Positions 48,369 to 57,735 of a stretch of DNA of 64,000 nucleotides are shown here, in pieces (within the stretch, counting starts at the first letter, position 1; the number at the start of each line of letters is the position of its first letter). The stretch is from Gammaproteobacteria bacterium. Its GTDB lineage: Bacteria; Pseudomonadota; Gammaproteobacteria; Eutrophobiales; Eutrophobiaceae. The translations under genes and the position numbers were made by a program. The notes under the pieces were generated by a model. It ran no database searches. It was not told the origin of the DNA and saw only the letters and a program-made list of their open reading frames with translations. The stretch spans positions 2,208,001 to 2,272,000 of the forward strand of contig OZ244905.1 in assembly GCA_965221695.1 (NCBI GenBank), in the 5' to 3' direction.

Positions 48369-49379
48369 ATGAACCTTACAGGAGATTATGTCGTGACAAA
48401 CAAACTTATATTCAACGTTTTCTTCATCCTCGCACTGGTGTTTTCTACGGCGGCAAAGGCGATTGAGTTGGACCCGGACCTGCCTGACTACAGCAAGTCC
48501 AGTGGCGTATCAGGCAACATCATCAGCGTAGGGTCCGATACGCTGGCAAACCTGATGACGTTGTGGGCGGAGGAGTTCAAAAAACTCTATCCCAACGTAA
48601 CAGTTCAGATCCAGGCAGCCGGTTCTTCCACCGCGCCACCGGCGCTGACGGAAGGAACCTCCAACTTCGGCCCGATGAGCCGCAAGATGAAGGACAAGGA
48701 AATTGCCGGTTTCGAGACAAAATACGGTTTCAAACCGACTCCCGTCGCAGTGGCGATCGACGCGCTTGCGGTATATGTACACAAGGACAACCCTGTTTCA
48801 GGCATGACCATTCCGCAGGTCGATGCGGTATTTTCCGCGACCCGCAAGTGCGGTCATCCGGAGGACATCACCCGCTGGGGCCAACTGGGACTCGACGGCG
48901 CCTGGGGTAACAGGCCGGTGCAGTTATATGGCCGTAATTCGGTCTCAGGCACGTATGGTTACTTCAAGAAGGTTGCGCTTTGCAAGGGAGACTACAAGAA
49001 TAACGTCAATGAACAACCCGGTTCGGCTTCCGTTGTGCAGGGCGTTACCAAGTCCATCAACGGCATTGGCTATTCCGGTATCGGCTACAAGACATCCGGC
49101 GTGCGCGCGGTGCCGTTAAGCAAGCGCGGGGACGAGTACACCGATGCCACGCCGGCCAATGCCGTGAACGGCAGCTATCCGCTGGCGAGGTTTCTCTATG
49201 TTTACGTAAACAAGTCGCCAAACGACCCGCTGCCGCCACTGGAACGGGAATTCGTCAGGATGATCATGTCCAAGACCGGTCAGGAAGTGGTCGTCAAGGA
49301 CGGTTATATCCCTTTGCCTGCGAAGGTTGCCGAAAAGCAGTTAGTCCTCATCGGCGCTTCAGAACCGGCGGTGAACTGA
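48369..49379 (+). CDS. pstS: Phosphate ABC transporter substrate-binding protein
   Basis: [24 protein letters not shown]; likely start GTG 48393. Confidence 0.95.
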   Translation: MNLTGDYVVTNKLIFNVFFILALVFSTAAKAIELDPDLPDYSKSSGVSGNIISVGSDTLANLMTLWAEEFKKLYPNVTVQIQAAGSSTAPPALTEGTSNFGPMSRKMKDKEIAGFETKYGFKPTPVAVAIDALAVYVHKDNPVSGMTIPQVDAVFSATRKCGHPEDITRWGQLGLDGAWGNRPVQLYGRNSVSGTYGYFKKVALCKGDYKNNVNEQPGSASVVQGVTKSINGIGYSGIGYKTSGVRAVPLSKRGDEYTDATPANAVNGSYPLARFLYVYVNKSPNDPLPPLEREFVRMIMSKTGQEVVVKDGYIPLPAKVAEKQLVLIGASEPAVN

Positions 49380-49422
49380 TCGTTTTTCGGAAGAGCAGAT
49401 ATATTTCTTAGCGTATTCTTCC

Positions 49423-51696
49423 ATGGGTGAGACAGACAAGACATCGCTGTTGACTGACTTCAACTCTACCGCCGCAGAGAAGCACCGTTATTACCGCCAC
49501 CTGAAGGATGTCGCAATGCGCTACCTGATGGCGCTGGGCGGTATCAGCGTCATCATTGCGATAGTGCTTATCGCGTTTTACCTGATTTACGTGGTGTTGC
49601 CGATGTTCAAGCCACCGCACATTGAACAGGTTGCAAGCTACCCGGTCCCGGCGGACCTGAACACCGGGAGCTTGTATTACGCGCTGGAAGAACAGCGTGA
49701 AATCGGTCTGCGGGTGACCAACGACGGCCGTGTCGTGTTTTTCAATACACCGGACGGCAGCCTGGTACACCAGCAATTCCTCGCAGAACAGACCCAGGCC
49801 GAGTTCACCGCGTTCGCAGCAGGCGACCCGTCCCAGCGGCTTCTTGCTTTGGGTCTCGAGGACGGCAGCGTATTGCTCGCGACACACGAGTACCATGTCA
49901 GCTACCCGAATGACGTTCGTGTCATTTCCCCGGGGATAGACTGGCCCGCAGGCAAGACGCCGCTGAAAATCGACGAGTCGGACAGGGCAATTACGCTGAT
50001 TGCCGCGCAGTCGGATGATGATCAGACAACCATTGCCGCGCTGACGGAAGACCAACGGCTGTTGCTGATGAACATCGCAAAGGAGGAATCGTTATTCAGC
50101 GATGACGCGGAAACCATTGTCACGAAGAGTCAAATTCCGGTCGCAGGCCACGTCAGTTTCCTGTTAATGGATGTGGAACACAGAGAATTGTACGTCGCAG
50201 AACAACGCGGGTTGATTTCCTATTACGATATCAGTGACAAGGCAGAACCCGAACTGGTGCAACGGGTGCAGGCGGTCAACGCACCGGCGGAGATTACCAG
50301 CCTGTCGTTTCTCAGTGGCGGTATTTCCATCCTGGTGGGCGATTCTGATGGAAATATCGTCCAGTGGTTTCCCGTTCGCGATGCGGAAAATAACTACACA
50401 CTGGAAAAAATACGCGGTTTTGATTCACAATCGGCGCGCATCACCGCCATTGCGCCGGAATACTTCAGGAAGGGTTTCCTCGCGGTAGACGATACCGGCT
50501 ACCTGGGCATTTATCACACCACTGCGCATCGCACTGTGGAGCTGGAAAAAATCAATGACAACAGGCTGACGCAACTGGCCATAGCCCCACGCGCCAATGC
50601 GATGCTGGTGGAAGATGCAACCGGTACGCTGCAATTCTGGGAAATAGACAACGAGCACCCCGAAATTTCCTGGTCCTCCATCAGGGGTGAGATCTGGTAC
50701 GAGAGCCGGGACAAGCCGGAGTATATCTGGCAGTCGTCCTCCGCAAGCAGTGATTTCGAACCGAAATTCAGTCTGACCCCGCTGGCTTTCGGCACCCTGA
50801 AAGCTGCATTTTATGCGATGTTGTTTGCCATGCCTTTGGCCATCATGGGCGCCGTGTACACCGCGTATTTCATGTCGGCAAAAATGCGCGGGCTGGTCAA
50901 ACCGACCATCGAGATCATGGAAGCCCTGCCGACGGTAATACTCGGCTTTCTTGCCGGCCTGTGGTTTGCGCCGTTTGTCGAGCAGAACATGCCAGGCCTG
51001 TTTTTGTGTATGTTACTGTTGCCGGTGGGTGTGATAGCCGCCGCTTACTGCTGGAGCAGGCTGCCGGTGCAGTTTCGCCACCGGGTTCCGGAAGGCTGGG
51101 AGGCGGCGCTGCTCGTGCCCGTGATTATCGGCACGGCCGTTATCGCGTTCGCACTCAGCAAGCCGTTGGAGATAGCGTTGTTCGCGGGGAACATGCCGTT
51201 GTGGTTGACTGATGAACTCGGCATCACCTATGACCAGAGAAACTCCCTGGTGGTGGGCATTGCGATGGGTTTTGCCGTAATCCCGACAATTTTTTCCATC
51301 AGTGAAGATGCAGTTTACGGTGTGCCCAAACACCTGACGACAGGTTCACTGGCGCTGGGCGCGACGCCCTGGCAGACCGTGGTCAGGGTGGTGCTGCTGA
51401 CCGCCAGCCCGGGTATATTTTCTGCGATCATGATAGGCATGGGCAGGGCGGTCGGCGAGACCATGATCGTGCTGATGGCAACGGGAAATACCGCGATCAT
51501 GGACATGAATATCTTTGAGGGCTTCCGCGCCCTGTCAGCCAATATTGCGGTGGAGATGCCGGAATCCGAGGTCGGCAGTACCCACTATCGGATCCTGTTC
51601 CTGGCCGGGCTGGTGCTGTTCCTGGCGACATTCCTGTTCAACACCATCGCGGAAGTTGTCCGGCAGAGATTGCGCGTGAAATACAGTTCGTTATGA
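49423..51696 (+). CDS. pstC: Phosphate ABC permease PstC with large periplasmic beta-propeller-like domain
   Basis: KPTIEIMEALPTV, SLALGATPWQT, RAVGETMIV. Confidence 0.92.
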   Translation: MGETDKTSLLTDFNSTAAEKHRYYRHLKDVAMRYLMALGGISVIIAIVLIAFYLIYVVLPMFKPPHIEQVASYPVPADLNTGSLYYALEEQREIGLRVTNDGRVVFFNTPDGSLVHQQFLAEQTQAEFTAFAAGDPSQRLLALGLEDGSVLLATHEYHVSYPNDVRVISPGIDWPAGKTPLKIDESDRAITLIAAQSDDDQTTIAALTEDQRLLLMNIAKEESLFSDDAETIVTKSQIPVAGHVSFLLMDVEHRELYVAEQRGLISYYDISDKAEPELVQRVQAVNAPAEITSLSFLSGGISILVGDSDGNIVQWFPVRDAENNYTLEKIRGFDSQSARITAIAPEYFRKGFLAVDDTGYLGIYHTTAHRTVELEKINDNRLTQLAIAPRANAMLVEDATGTLQFWEIDNEHPEISWSSIRGEIWYESRDKPEYIWQSSSASSDFEPKFSLTPLAFGTLKAAFYAMLFAMPLAIMGAVYTAYFMSAKMRGLVKPTIEIMEALPTVILGFLAGLWFAPFVEQNMPGLFLCMLLLPVGVIAAAYCWSRLPVQFRHRVPEGWEAALLVPVIIGTAVIAFALSKPLEIALFAGNMPLWLTDELGITYDQRNSLVVGIAMGFAVIPTIFSISEDAVYGVPKHLTTGSLALGATPWQTVVRVVLLTASPGIFSAIMIGMGRAVGETMIVLMATGNTAIMDMNIFEGFRALSANIAVEMPESEVGSTHYRILFLAGLVLFLATFLFNTIAEVVRQRLRVKYSSL

Positions 51697-53366
51697 AAAA
51701 ACAGGCCTCATTTTCAGGTTGGTTCAACAGCGGCGAACCCTACATCTGGCTGAATGCCGGCGCGGTCAGTCTGTCCATCATCATGGTCACCGGGCTGATC
51801 CTGTTGATCATGGTGCGCGGCCTGGGCCATTTCTGGCCGAGCAATGTTGCCGCGTTCGATTATACCGATAGCGACGGTTCAGTCATTCCGCTTGCCGGCG
51901 AATTAATCGATAACGAGTCAGTGCCGCGTGCCAGGTTGGGTGGGAATGACGACCGCATCCCGGCAGACCTTGATATTATCGAGCGGCGACTGGTGAAGAT
52001 TGGCAACCGGGATTACCTGGGTTTCGACTACCGCTGGGTGCTTGAGGTCGCAATGGAAAACCTGTCCTACCCGAAAGATATCCTGGTCATAGAGCGGTAT
52101 GAGTGGGGGAATTTCTATGGTTATCTTGAGGCCGTGAAGGAAAACGGCGAAGTAGTGAAAACCGGCTCGGACTGGGAGTCGTTCCAGCAATACCTTGCCG
52201 CGGGTCAGAAAATACTGGAGGAAATTCATCATATCGAGAAAAACCTGATCGGCGACATCAATTATCAGATGGAGCGCCTGCGCCTCCGGGAAAAGGGGCT
52301 GGCGTTGAAAGAGGAACCGGCGAACAGTCCTGTCTATGGGGAAATCGACGCACAGCGCGCCGCCCTGCAAACGGAGTACAACGGTTATATAGAGCGCCTT
52401 ACCCGGTTGTATGAACAACTGAACAAGGCCTCTTTCGTGGCGACGCTTGCCGATGGCCGGGAAGTCGAGCTCCCGTTTGCCAAGGTGGTTCGGGCGTACC
52501 GGCCAAATGCGATGAGTATCACGGAAAAGATACTGTTTTATCTGGAGAAAATCTGGGAATTCGTGTCCGGCGATCCGAGGGAGGCGAATACCGAAGGCGG
52601 CATTTTTCCGGCAATTTTCGGCACCGTGATGATGGTGATGATCATGGCAGTACTGGTGACACCGTTTGGCGTTGTTGCCGCGGTGTACTTGCGCGAGTAT
52701 GCCCGGCAAGGCCCGCTGACGCGGCTGATACGCATTGCCGTGAATAACCTCGCGGGCGTGCCCTCGGTCGTTTACGGTGTGTTCGGGCTGGGATTTTTCG
52801 TTTATTTCCTGGGCGGGACTATTGACGAGTTGTTCTTTCCCGAATCGCTGCCCGCACCCACCTTCGGCACCCCGGGCATATTATGGGCCTCGTTGACATT
52901 GGCCATATTGACGGTGCCGGTAGTCATCGTTTCCACGGAAGAAGGACTGGCGCGGGTGCCGCGGGCAATCCGCGAGGGCAGCCTGGCGTTAGGCGCCACC
53001 AAGGCCGAGACACTGTGGCGCACGGTCCTGCCCATGACGGCCTCGGCCATGATGACAGGGCTGATACTGGCTGTCGCCCGGGCCGCCGGTGAGGTTGCGC
53101 CATTGATGCTCGTCGGTGTGGTCAAGCTGGCCCCGTCCATGCCGCTGGACGGAAATTTCCCGTTCCTGCACCTGGACAGGAAGTTCATGCACCTGGGATT
53201 TCATATTTATGACGTGGGATTCCAGAGTCCGAACGTGGAGGCGGCCAGACCCCTGGTCTACGCGACGGCATTTTTGCTGATCCTGATAATAATCTGTTTA
53301 AACCTGACCGCGATTAAAATCCGTAATACACTACGGGAAAAGTATCGCGCGGCAGAGCAGCACTGA
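51693..53366 (+). CDS. pstA: Phosphate ABC permease PstA (extended)
   Basis: [32 protein letters not shown]. Confidence 0.94.
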   Translation: MKKQASFSGWFNSGEPYIWLNAGAVSLSIIMVTGLILLIMVRGLGHFWPSNVAAFDYTDSDGSVIPLAGELIDNESVPRARLGGNDDRIPADLDIIERRLVKIGNRDYLGFDYRWVLEVAMENLSYPKDILVIERYEWGNFYGYLEAVKENGEVVKTGSDWESFQQYLAAGQKILEEIHHIEKNLIGDINYQMERLRLREKGLALKEEPANSPVYGEIDAQRAALQTEYNGYIERLTRLYEQLNKASFVATLADGREVELPFAKVVRAYRPNAMSITEKILFYLEKIWEFVSGDPREANTEGGIFPAIFGTVMMVMIMAVLVTPFGVVAAVYLREYARQGPLTRLIRIAVNNLAGVPSVVYGVFGLGFFVYFLGGTIDELFFPESLPAPTFGTPGILWASLTLAILTVPVVIVSTEEGLARVPRAIREGSLALGATKAETLWRTVLPMTASAMMTGLILAVARAAGEVAPLMLVGVVKLAPSMPLDGNFPFLHLDRKFMHLGFHIYDVGFQSPNVEAARPLVYATAFLLILIIICLNLTAIKIRNTLREKYRAAEQH

Positions 53367-53382
53367 GCGGACAAGAACAAAC

Positions 53383-54237
53383 GTGAACGATCCAACCAAC
53401 CCGGACAGAACAGCAACGACGACTCACGGCGTGAATATCGGCGCGCTGACCGGGCAGGTGGAAAAACTGTCTCTGGCTGAAGAAAACCCCTGTATAAAGG
53501 TCAACGGTTTCAACCTGTACTATGGAGATAAACAGGCGCTGAAGGATATCACCCTCGTGGTTCCCGAGAAAAAGGTCACGGCATTCATAGGGCCCAGCGG
53601 GTGCGGCAAGTCAACCCTGCTGCGTTCATTTAACCGGATGAATGACCTGATCGATATTGTACGCACCGATGGTGATATCTGGATTAACGGAGAGGATATC
53701 TTTGCCAAATCGGTGAACGTGGCCGAACTCAGGCGAAAAGTCGGCATGGTCTTTCAGAAACCCAACCCGTTTCCGAAGTCCGTCTATGAAAATGTAGCCT
53801 ACGGACTGCGCATACAGGGCATCAACGACCGGAGGACACTGGATGCCGCAGTGGAAAGGTCCCTGAAAGACGCGGCGTTGTGGGATGAAGTCAAGGACAG
53901 GCTTGACGATAATGCGTTGGGTCTCTCCGGCGGTCAGGCCCAGCGCCTGGTTATTGCCCGAGCGATAGCCATCGAACCGGAAATACTCCTGTTGGATGAG
54001 CCTTGTTCCGCGCTGGATCCGATCTCCACGCTTAAAGTCGAAGAACTGATCTACCAGCTAAAGGCCAACTATACTATCGTAATTGTGACCCACAACATGC
54101 AGCAAGCGGCCAGGGTGTCCGACTATACGGCCTACATGTACCTGGGAGAGATGATCGAATTCAACGACACCAATACGCTGTTTACCAACCCGAGCGAGAA
54201 GATGACCGAAGACTATATTACCGGTCGTTACGGCTAG
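53383..54237 (+). CDS. pstB: Phosphate ABC ATPase
   Basis: [36 protein letters not shown]. Confidence 0.97.
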   Translation: MNDPTNPDRTATTTHGVNIGALTGQVEKLSLAEENPCIKVNGFNLYYGDKQALKDITLVVPEKKVTAFIGPSGCGKSTLLRSFNRMNDLIDIVRTDGDIWINGEDIFAKSVNVAELRRKVGMVFQKPNPFPKSVYENVAYGLRIQGINDRRTLDAAVERSLKDAALWDEVKDRLDDNALGLSGGQAQRLVIARAIAIEPEILLLDEPCSALDPISTLKVEELIYQLKANYTIVIVTHNMQQAARVSDYTAYMYLGEMIEFNDTNTLFTNPSEKMTEDYITGRYG

Positions 54238-54280
54238 CCTTCATGTTGCAACTTGGAGGCTAGCTCAACAGAGAGATACC

Positions 54281-54991
54281 ATGAGCAATGCAACCCAACA
54301 TATTTCCAGGCAATTCGATAATGAGTTGGAAACCATCCGGTCCGATGTGCTGGCTATGGGCGGCCTGGCCGAACGGCAGTTTTCTGATGCGCTACAGGCA
54401 TTGGCGAGTTTCGATGTCTCGCTTGCGGAGCAGATAATAGAAAGCGAGGTCAAGGTAAACTCCTGTGAGGTATCCATCGATGAGGAATGTATCACGCTGT
54501 TGGCGCGCCGGCAGCCGGCGGCCGGTGACCTGCGTTTTGTGATGGCGGTAATTAAGACCATCACCGACCTGGAACGCATTGGTGACGAAGCAGACAAGAT
54601 CGCCAAGATGACCATCAGCCTGGCGGAGAAGTCAGGCCCGCGTTCCCATTATATCGGGATCAATGCAATGGGCGTTTTCGTCAGGGATATGGTTCGCGAT
54701 GCGCTGAACGCGTTTGCCCGGATGGACAGCCAGGGCGCGCTTGCCACTGCCGGGAAGGAACCGGAATCAGACGAACAGTACGGCGCGATACTGCGACAAC
54801 TGGTTACCTACATGATGGAGGACCCGCGCAGCATCAGCAGTGTCATGGACGCGATCTGGGTAGCCCGGGCGCTGGAGCGCATTGCCGACCATGCGCGCAA
54901 TATCTGCGAATATGTCATCTATTTCGTTGAAGGCAAGGATGTGCGCCATATCAGCATAGAACAGATGGAAGACACGATCAGGAACCGCTGA
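54281..54991 (+). CDS. phoU: Phosphate signalling protein PhoU
   Basis: QPAAGDLR, DLERIGD, LERIADHA.NI.E. Confidence 0.97.
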   Translation: MSNATQHISRQFDNELETIRSDVLAMGGLAERQFSDALQALASFDVSLAEQIIESEVKVNSCEVSIDEECITLLARRQPAAGDLRFVMAVIKTITDLERIGDEADKIAKMTISLAEKSGPRSHYIGINAMGVFVRDMVRDALNAFARMDSQGALATAGKEPESDEQYGAILRQLVTYMMEDPRSISSVMDAIWVARALERIADHARNICEYVIYFVEGKDVRHISIEQMEDTIRNR

Positions 54992-55003
54992 CCCCGTTCA
55001 CCG

Positions 55004-55480
55004 TCAGCCCGAATCGGCCACGAGCAGTTGTTCAACGACCGTCATTCTCTCACGTATGGCAGTCTGGCTATCTTGCATGACGTTAATCTGCTGCGTCAAG
55101 TCGCCACGGACTTCGTTGATCTGTTGCGTCAGTTCGCCACGGACTTCGTTGATCTGTTGCGTCAGTTCGCCGCGGACTTCGTTTATCTGTTGCGTCAGTT
55201 CGCTGCGGACCTCTTTGATTTGTTGCGTCAGGTCAGTGCGGACTTCGTTTATCTGTTGCTGTAAAATATTGAACTGCTGCTGAGTGGTAGCGCTCTGTTG
55301 TGTCAGGTCAGTGCGGACTTCACTGATTTGCTGGGCAAGGAAAGTGAGGTAGGCAAACATCATGGTAACCACGATGGCCGCACTCCACTTCAACACGCGC
55401 ACTTCCCCGGATAGACGCCCCAACTCACGTGCGCCTTCGAGGTCCCGCACTGTTATAACCGTGTTTTCGATATTCATCAT
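55004..55480 (-). CDS. Membrane-anchored coiled-coil protein with 11-aa (33-bp) tandem repeats
   Basis: TM segment WSAAIVVTMMFAYLTFL then repeated QQINEVRGELT; AAGGAG RBS. Confidence 0.75.
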   Translation of the reverse strand: MMNIENTVITVRDLEGARELGRLSGEVRVLKWSAAIVVTMMFAYLTFLAQQISEVRTDLTQQSATTQQQFNILQQQINEVRTDLTQQIKEVRSELTQQINEVRGELTQQINEVRGELTQQINEVRGDLTQQINVMQDSQTAIRERMTVVEQLLVADSG

Positions 55481-55587
55481 TGTTCTCCTTTATTCGTTTC
55501 CATCACAGGTCGTATGGCAAGGCCAGTCTATGATGGCTGGCGAACCCTGTCAAGGACTGGACCCTGGATTATGAATTTGAACATTAT

Positions 55588-55615
55588 TTGACAGTATACG
55601 CATATTGCGTATAAT
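55588..55615 (+). promoter_or_regulatory. Consensus sigma70 promoter with palindromic operator (TA-type)
   Basis: TTGACA-N16-TATAAT overlapping tatacgca-tat-tgcgtata. Confidence 0.8.
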
Positions 55616-55621
55616 CACACT

Positions 55622-55690
55622 ATTGAAGAAAAACGCAGACTGAAGCAGATGCTGCAGGCAGAGCTGGCCGCCAGGAGAAAACCGCAATGA
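55622..55690 (+). pseudogene. C-terminal remnant of a HigB/RelE-like toxin
   Basis: IEEKRRLKQMLQAELAARRKPQ* with ATGA overlap into the antitoxin; no start codon ahead of the fragment. Confidence 0.6.
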
Positions 55691-56007
55691 ACAAGAAACG
55701 TAAGCTGTTTGATGAACTTATTCAGGGCATTGAAGACATACGCGCATATCGTGAAGGGAAAATCACGTTACGAACCCATACGGTACAAGACTTGCCGCCG
55801 CTGTCGATTGACGCGGGCTTAATCCGGCAGACCCGGGAACAACTCAACGTGTCACGGGCGGTGTTTGCCCGCCATATTCGCGTCTCTGTACGAACTCTGG
55901 AAAACTGGGAGCAGGGACGGGCAAAGCCGAACACGCAGGCTGCTGCATTGATTATGCTGGTTCGACAATACCCCGATACGTTACAAAAACTCCACTCTTT
56001 GGCTTAA
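55687..56007 (+). CDS. HigA-like XRE HTH antitoxin
   Basis: LFDEL..G, SRAVFA..VSVRTLENWEQGR.KP..AA.LI. Confidence 0.85.
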   Translation: MNKKRKLFDELIQGIEDIRAYREGKITLRTHTVQDLPPLSIDAGLIRQTREQLNVSRAVFARHIRVSVRTLENWEQGRAKPNTQAAALIMLVRQYPDTLQKLHSLA

Positions 56008-56316
56008 GGTCCGCGGCAGGATTGGGTCGGGCCTGTCAAACTGTTTATTTCTTGGCAGTTTATTAGCTATCCGAACGGCAATTGTTTCCTGGGTGATGCT
56101 ATTGGCACAGATTGTGTGTCAGCCATCGCTTCGCCATACCGCGCGACGGATTATTCAGGACGCCCTGACACCTATATTAATATGGGGAACAGCGATATAT
56201 TTCGCGAGAAAGCATCGCAGCCTATGCAGAGAGCTTAAATTAGGCTGGGGTACCTGTTAAACTGCATGTCTAAGCTGGGGTTTCTCATGGTGGTGAATAT
56301 TTTGCACCCTGTGCCG

Positions 56317-56397
56317 ATGCTGAACAAAGCCAGTTTAATCCTGCTCCGGCATGCCAAGTCCGATAGGTACAGCGGAGTTTCGGGCGATTTTGAATGA
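56317..56397 (+). pseudogene. N-terminal remnant of a SixA-like histidine phosphatase
   Basis: MLNKASLILLRHAKSDRYSGVSGDFE* contains the RHAKS catalytic motif. Confidence 0.6.
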
Positions 56398-56430
56398 ATA
56401 CCATATAAATATGAAAAGGGGAACCGGGTA

Positions 56431-57246
56431 ATGTCATGGTGGGGGACCCTGGCCGGCGGGGCCTTTGGTTTCATGCTGGGTGGCCCTATCGGCGCGGTGC
56501 TGGGCGCCGCGGTCGGACGCAATTTTGACAAGGGGCTGAGCGGCAACTTTGAACAGCCCGGGAGCAGGCGCAGCGCCGGCCAGTCGGGCGGTTTGCCGCG
56601 CGGCCACCAGTTCCGAATTCAGGCAGCCTTTTTTACCGCGGTCTTCTCCGCGATGGGCCATATCAGCAAGGCGGACGGCAGGGTCACAAGGGATGAAATC
56701 CGCATGGCCAACCGCGTTATGGAGGACATGGACCTTACACCCCAGCAACGTGACGCGGCAAAAGCCCTGTTCAATGAAGGCAAGCAAGATAACTTCGACC
56801 TCCATGCCGTGCTCAGTCAGTTCCGCAGGGAGATCGGCAGGCGCACGAACTTGCAGCGGATGTTTATTGAAATCCTGTGTTATGCCGCGTATGCCGATGG
56901 CGTGCTGCACCCCGAGGAAAATCACCTGTTGCGCCTGGTCTGCGATGAAATCGGCTACTCCGGCTACGAACTGGACTCCATCCTGGCGTCGTTATCCGCC
57001 GAGCTGCACCATCGCCGCGGCAGTGGCGGACGGATCTCACTGGACGATGCCTATGGGGTGCTGAACATCACGCAAGATGCCGGCGACGCCGAAGTGAAAA
57101 AAGCCTACCGCCGGTTGATGAGTCAGCACCACCCGGACAAGCTGGTCGCAAAAGGTCTGCCGGAAGAAATGATGAAAATCGCCACCCAGCGTACCCACGA
57201 GATTCGTCAGGCCTACGAACGCATTAAAGAGCACCGGGGTTTTTAA
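56431..57246 (+). CDS. djlA: Co-chaperone DjlA
   Basis: MSWWG..GGPIGA, KADGRV TerB-like domain, J domain HHPDKL. Confidence 0.95.
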   Translation: MSWWGTLAGGAFGFMLGGPIGAVLGAAVGRNFDKGLSGNFEQPGSRRSAGQSGGLPRGHQFRIQAAFFTAVFSAMGHISKADGRVTRDEIRMANRVMEDMDLTPQQRDAAKALFNEGKQDNFDLHAVLSQFRREIGRRTNLQRMFIEILCYAAYADGVLHPEENHLLRLVCDEIGYSGYELDSILASLSAELHHRRGSGGRISLDDAYGVLNITQDAGDAEVKKAYRRLMSQHHPDKLVAKGLPEEMMKIATQRTHEIRQAYERIKEHRGF

Positions 57247-57276
57247 CCTCTTCCCGACCCGCTGAACATGTCAAAA

Positions 57277-57435
57277 TTAAGGAAACTCTGAACAAGTCCA
57301 TCCTGGACTTGTCAGAGTACGGAAAACAAAAATGCGATTTTTGTTTTCCTCACAATATCAATGCCTTACAGTCATTGATATTGACGATACATCCTTGTAT
57401 CGTAGGAACCTCTGACTTAATCAGAGGTTCCTTAA
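57277..57435. mobile_element. Family A MITE, full 159-bp five-hairpin copy
   Basis: 15-bp TIRs (14 of 15) starting TTAA; five adjacent stems; IHF consensus at 57356-57368. Confidence 0.8.
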
Positions 57436-57454
57436 GTTGAAAGAGTACTATCGC

Positions 57455-57590
57455 CCTTTCCCGTGAACCCCCCCGTTTTCACGGGGACAGACTAAGGATC
57501 CGGTAATCTAAAGAGTCGCTCCCCGTTTTCGCGGGGCAAGCTCTGCCGGCGACACACTGTTCTACTGGGCTTCCGTGTTCCCGGGAGTGG
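57455..57590. repeat. Family C REPIN with nested CCCCGTTTTCRCGGGG hairpins
   Basis: gtcgc..gcgac core, actgggcttcc..gggagtgg end; nested hairpins at about 57470 and 57521. Confidence 0.7.
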
Positions 57591-57640
57591 CAAGGAGGTA
57601 TGTTTTGGTTTATCCAAATCGGTTGCCCTTCTGGCTTGTA

Positions 57641-57731
57641 CTTACAAAATCAATGATATAAAGCCATTGATCTTAACGGCATATCACTGTACCGTTTGAA
57701 CCTTTCACTAAATCAGACAGAGGTTTCTTAA
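57641..57731. repeat. Family A MITE derivative (hairpins 3 and 4 plus right end)
   Basis: aatcaatg..cattgat, acggcatatcactgtaccgt, cagaggtttcttaa. Confidence 0.65.
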
Positions 57732-57735
57732 AGAA

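Noticed and set aside
49423-53366. Oversized PstC and PstA as novel fusions
   Set aside because: Extended periplasmic domains are known in Pseudomonas-type Pst systems
55085-55335. 33-bp repeats as a CRISPR array or iterons
   Set aside because: No spacers; the units are in frame within an ORF with a good RBS and vary mostly at synonymous sites
56395-56397. Selenocysteine or readthrough fusion of the sixA relic to djlA
   Set aside because: The position corresponds to Arg rather than Cys, no SECIS-like hairpin follows, and djlA has its own normal start
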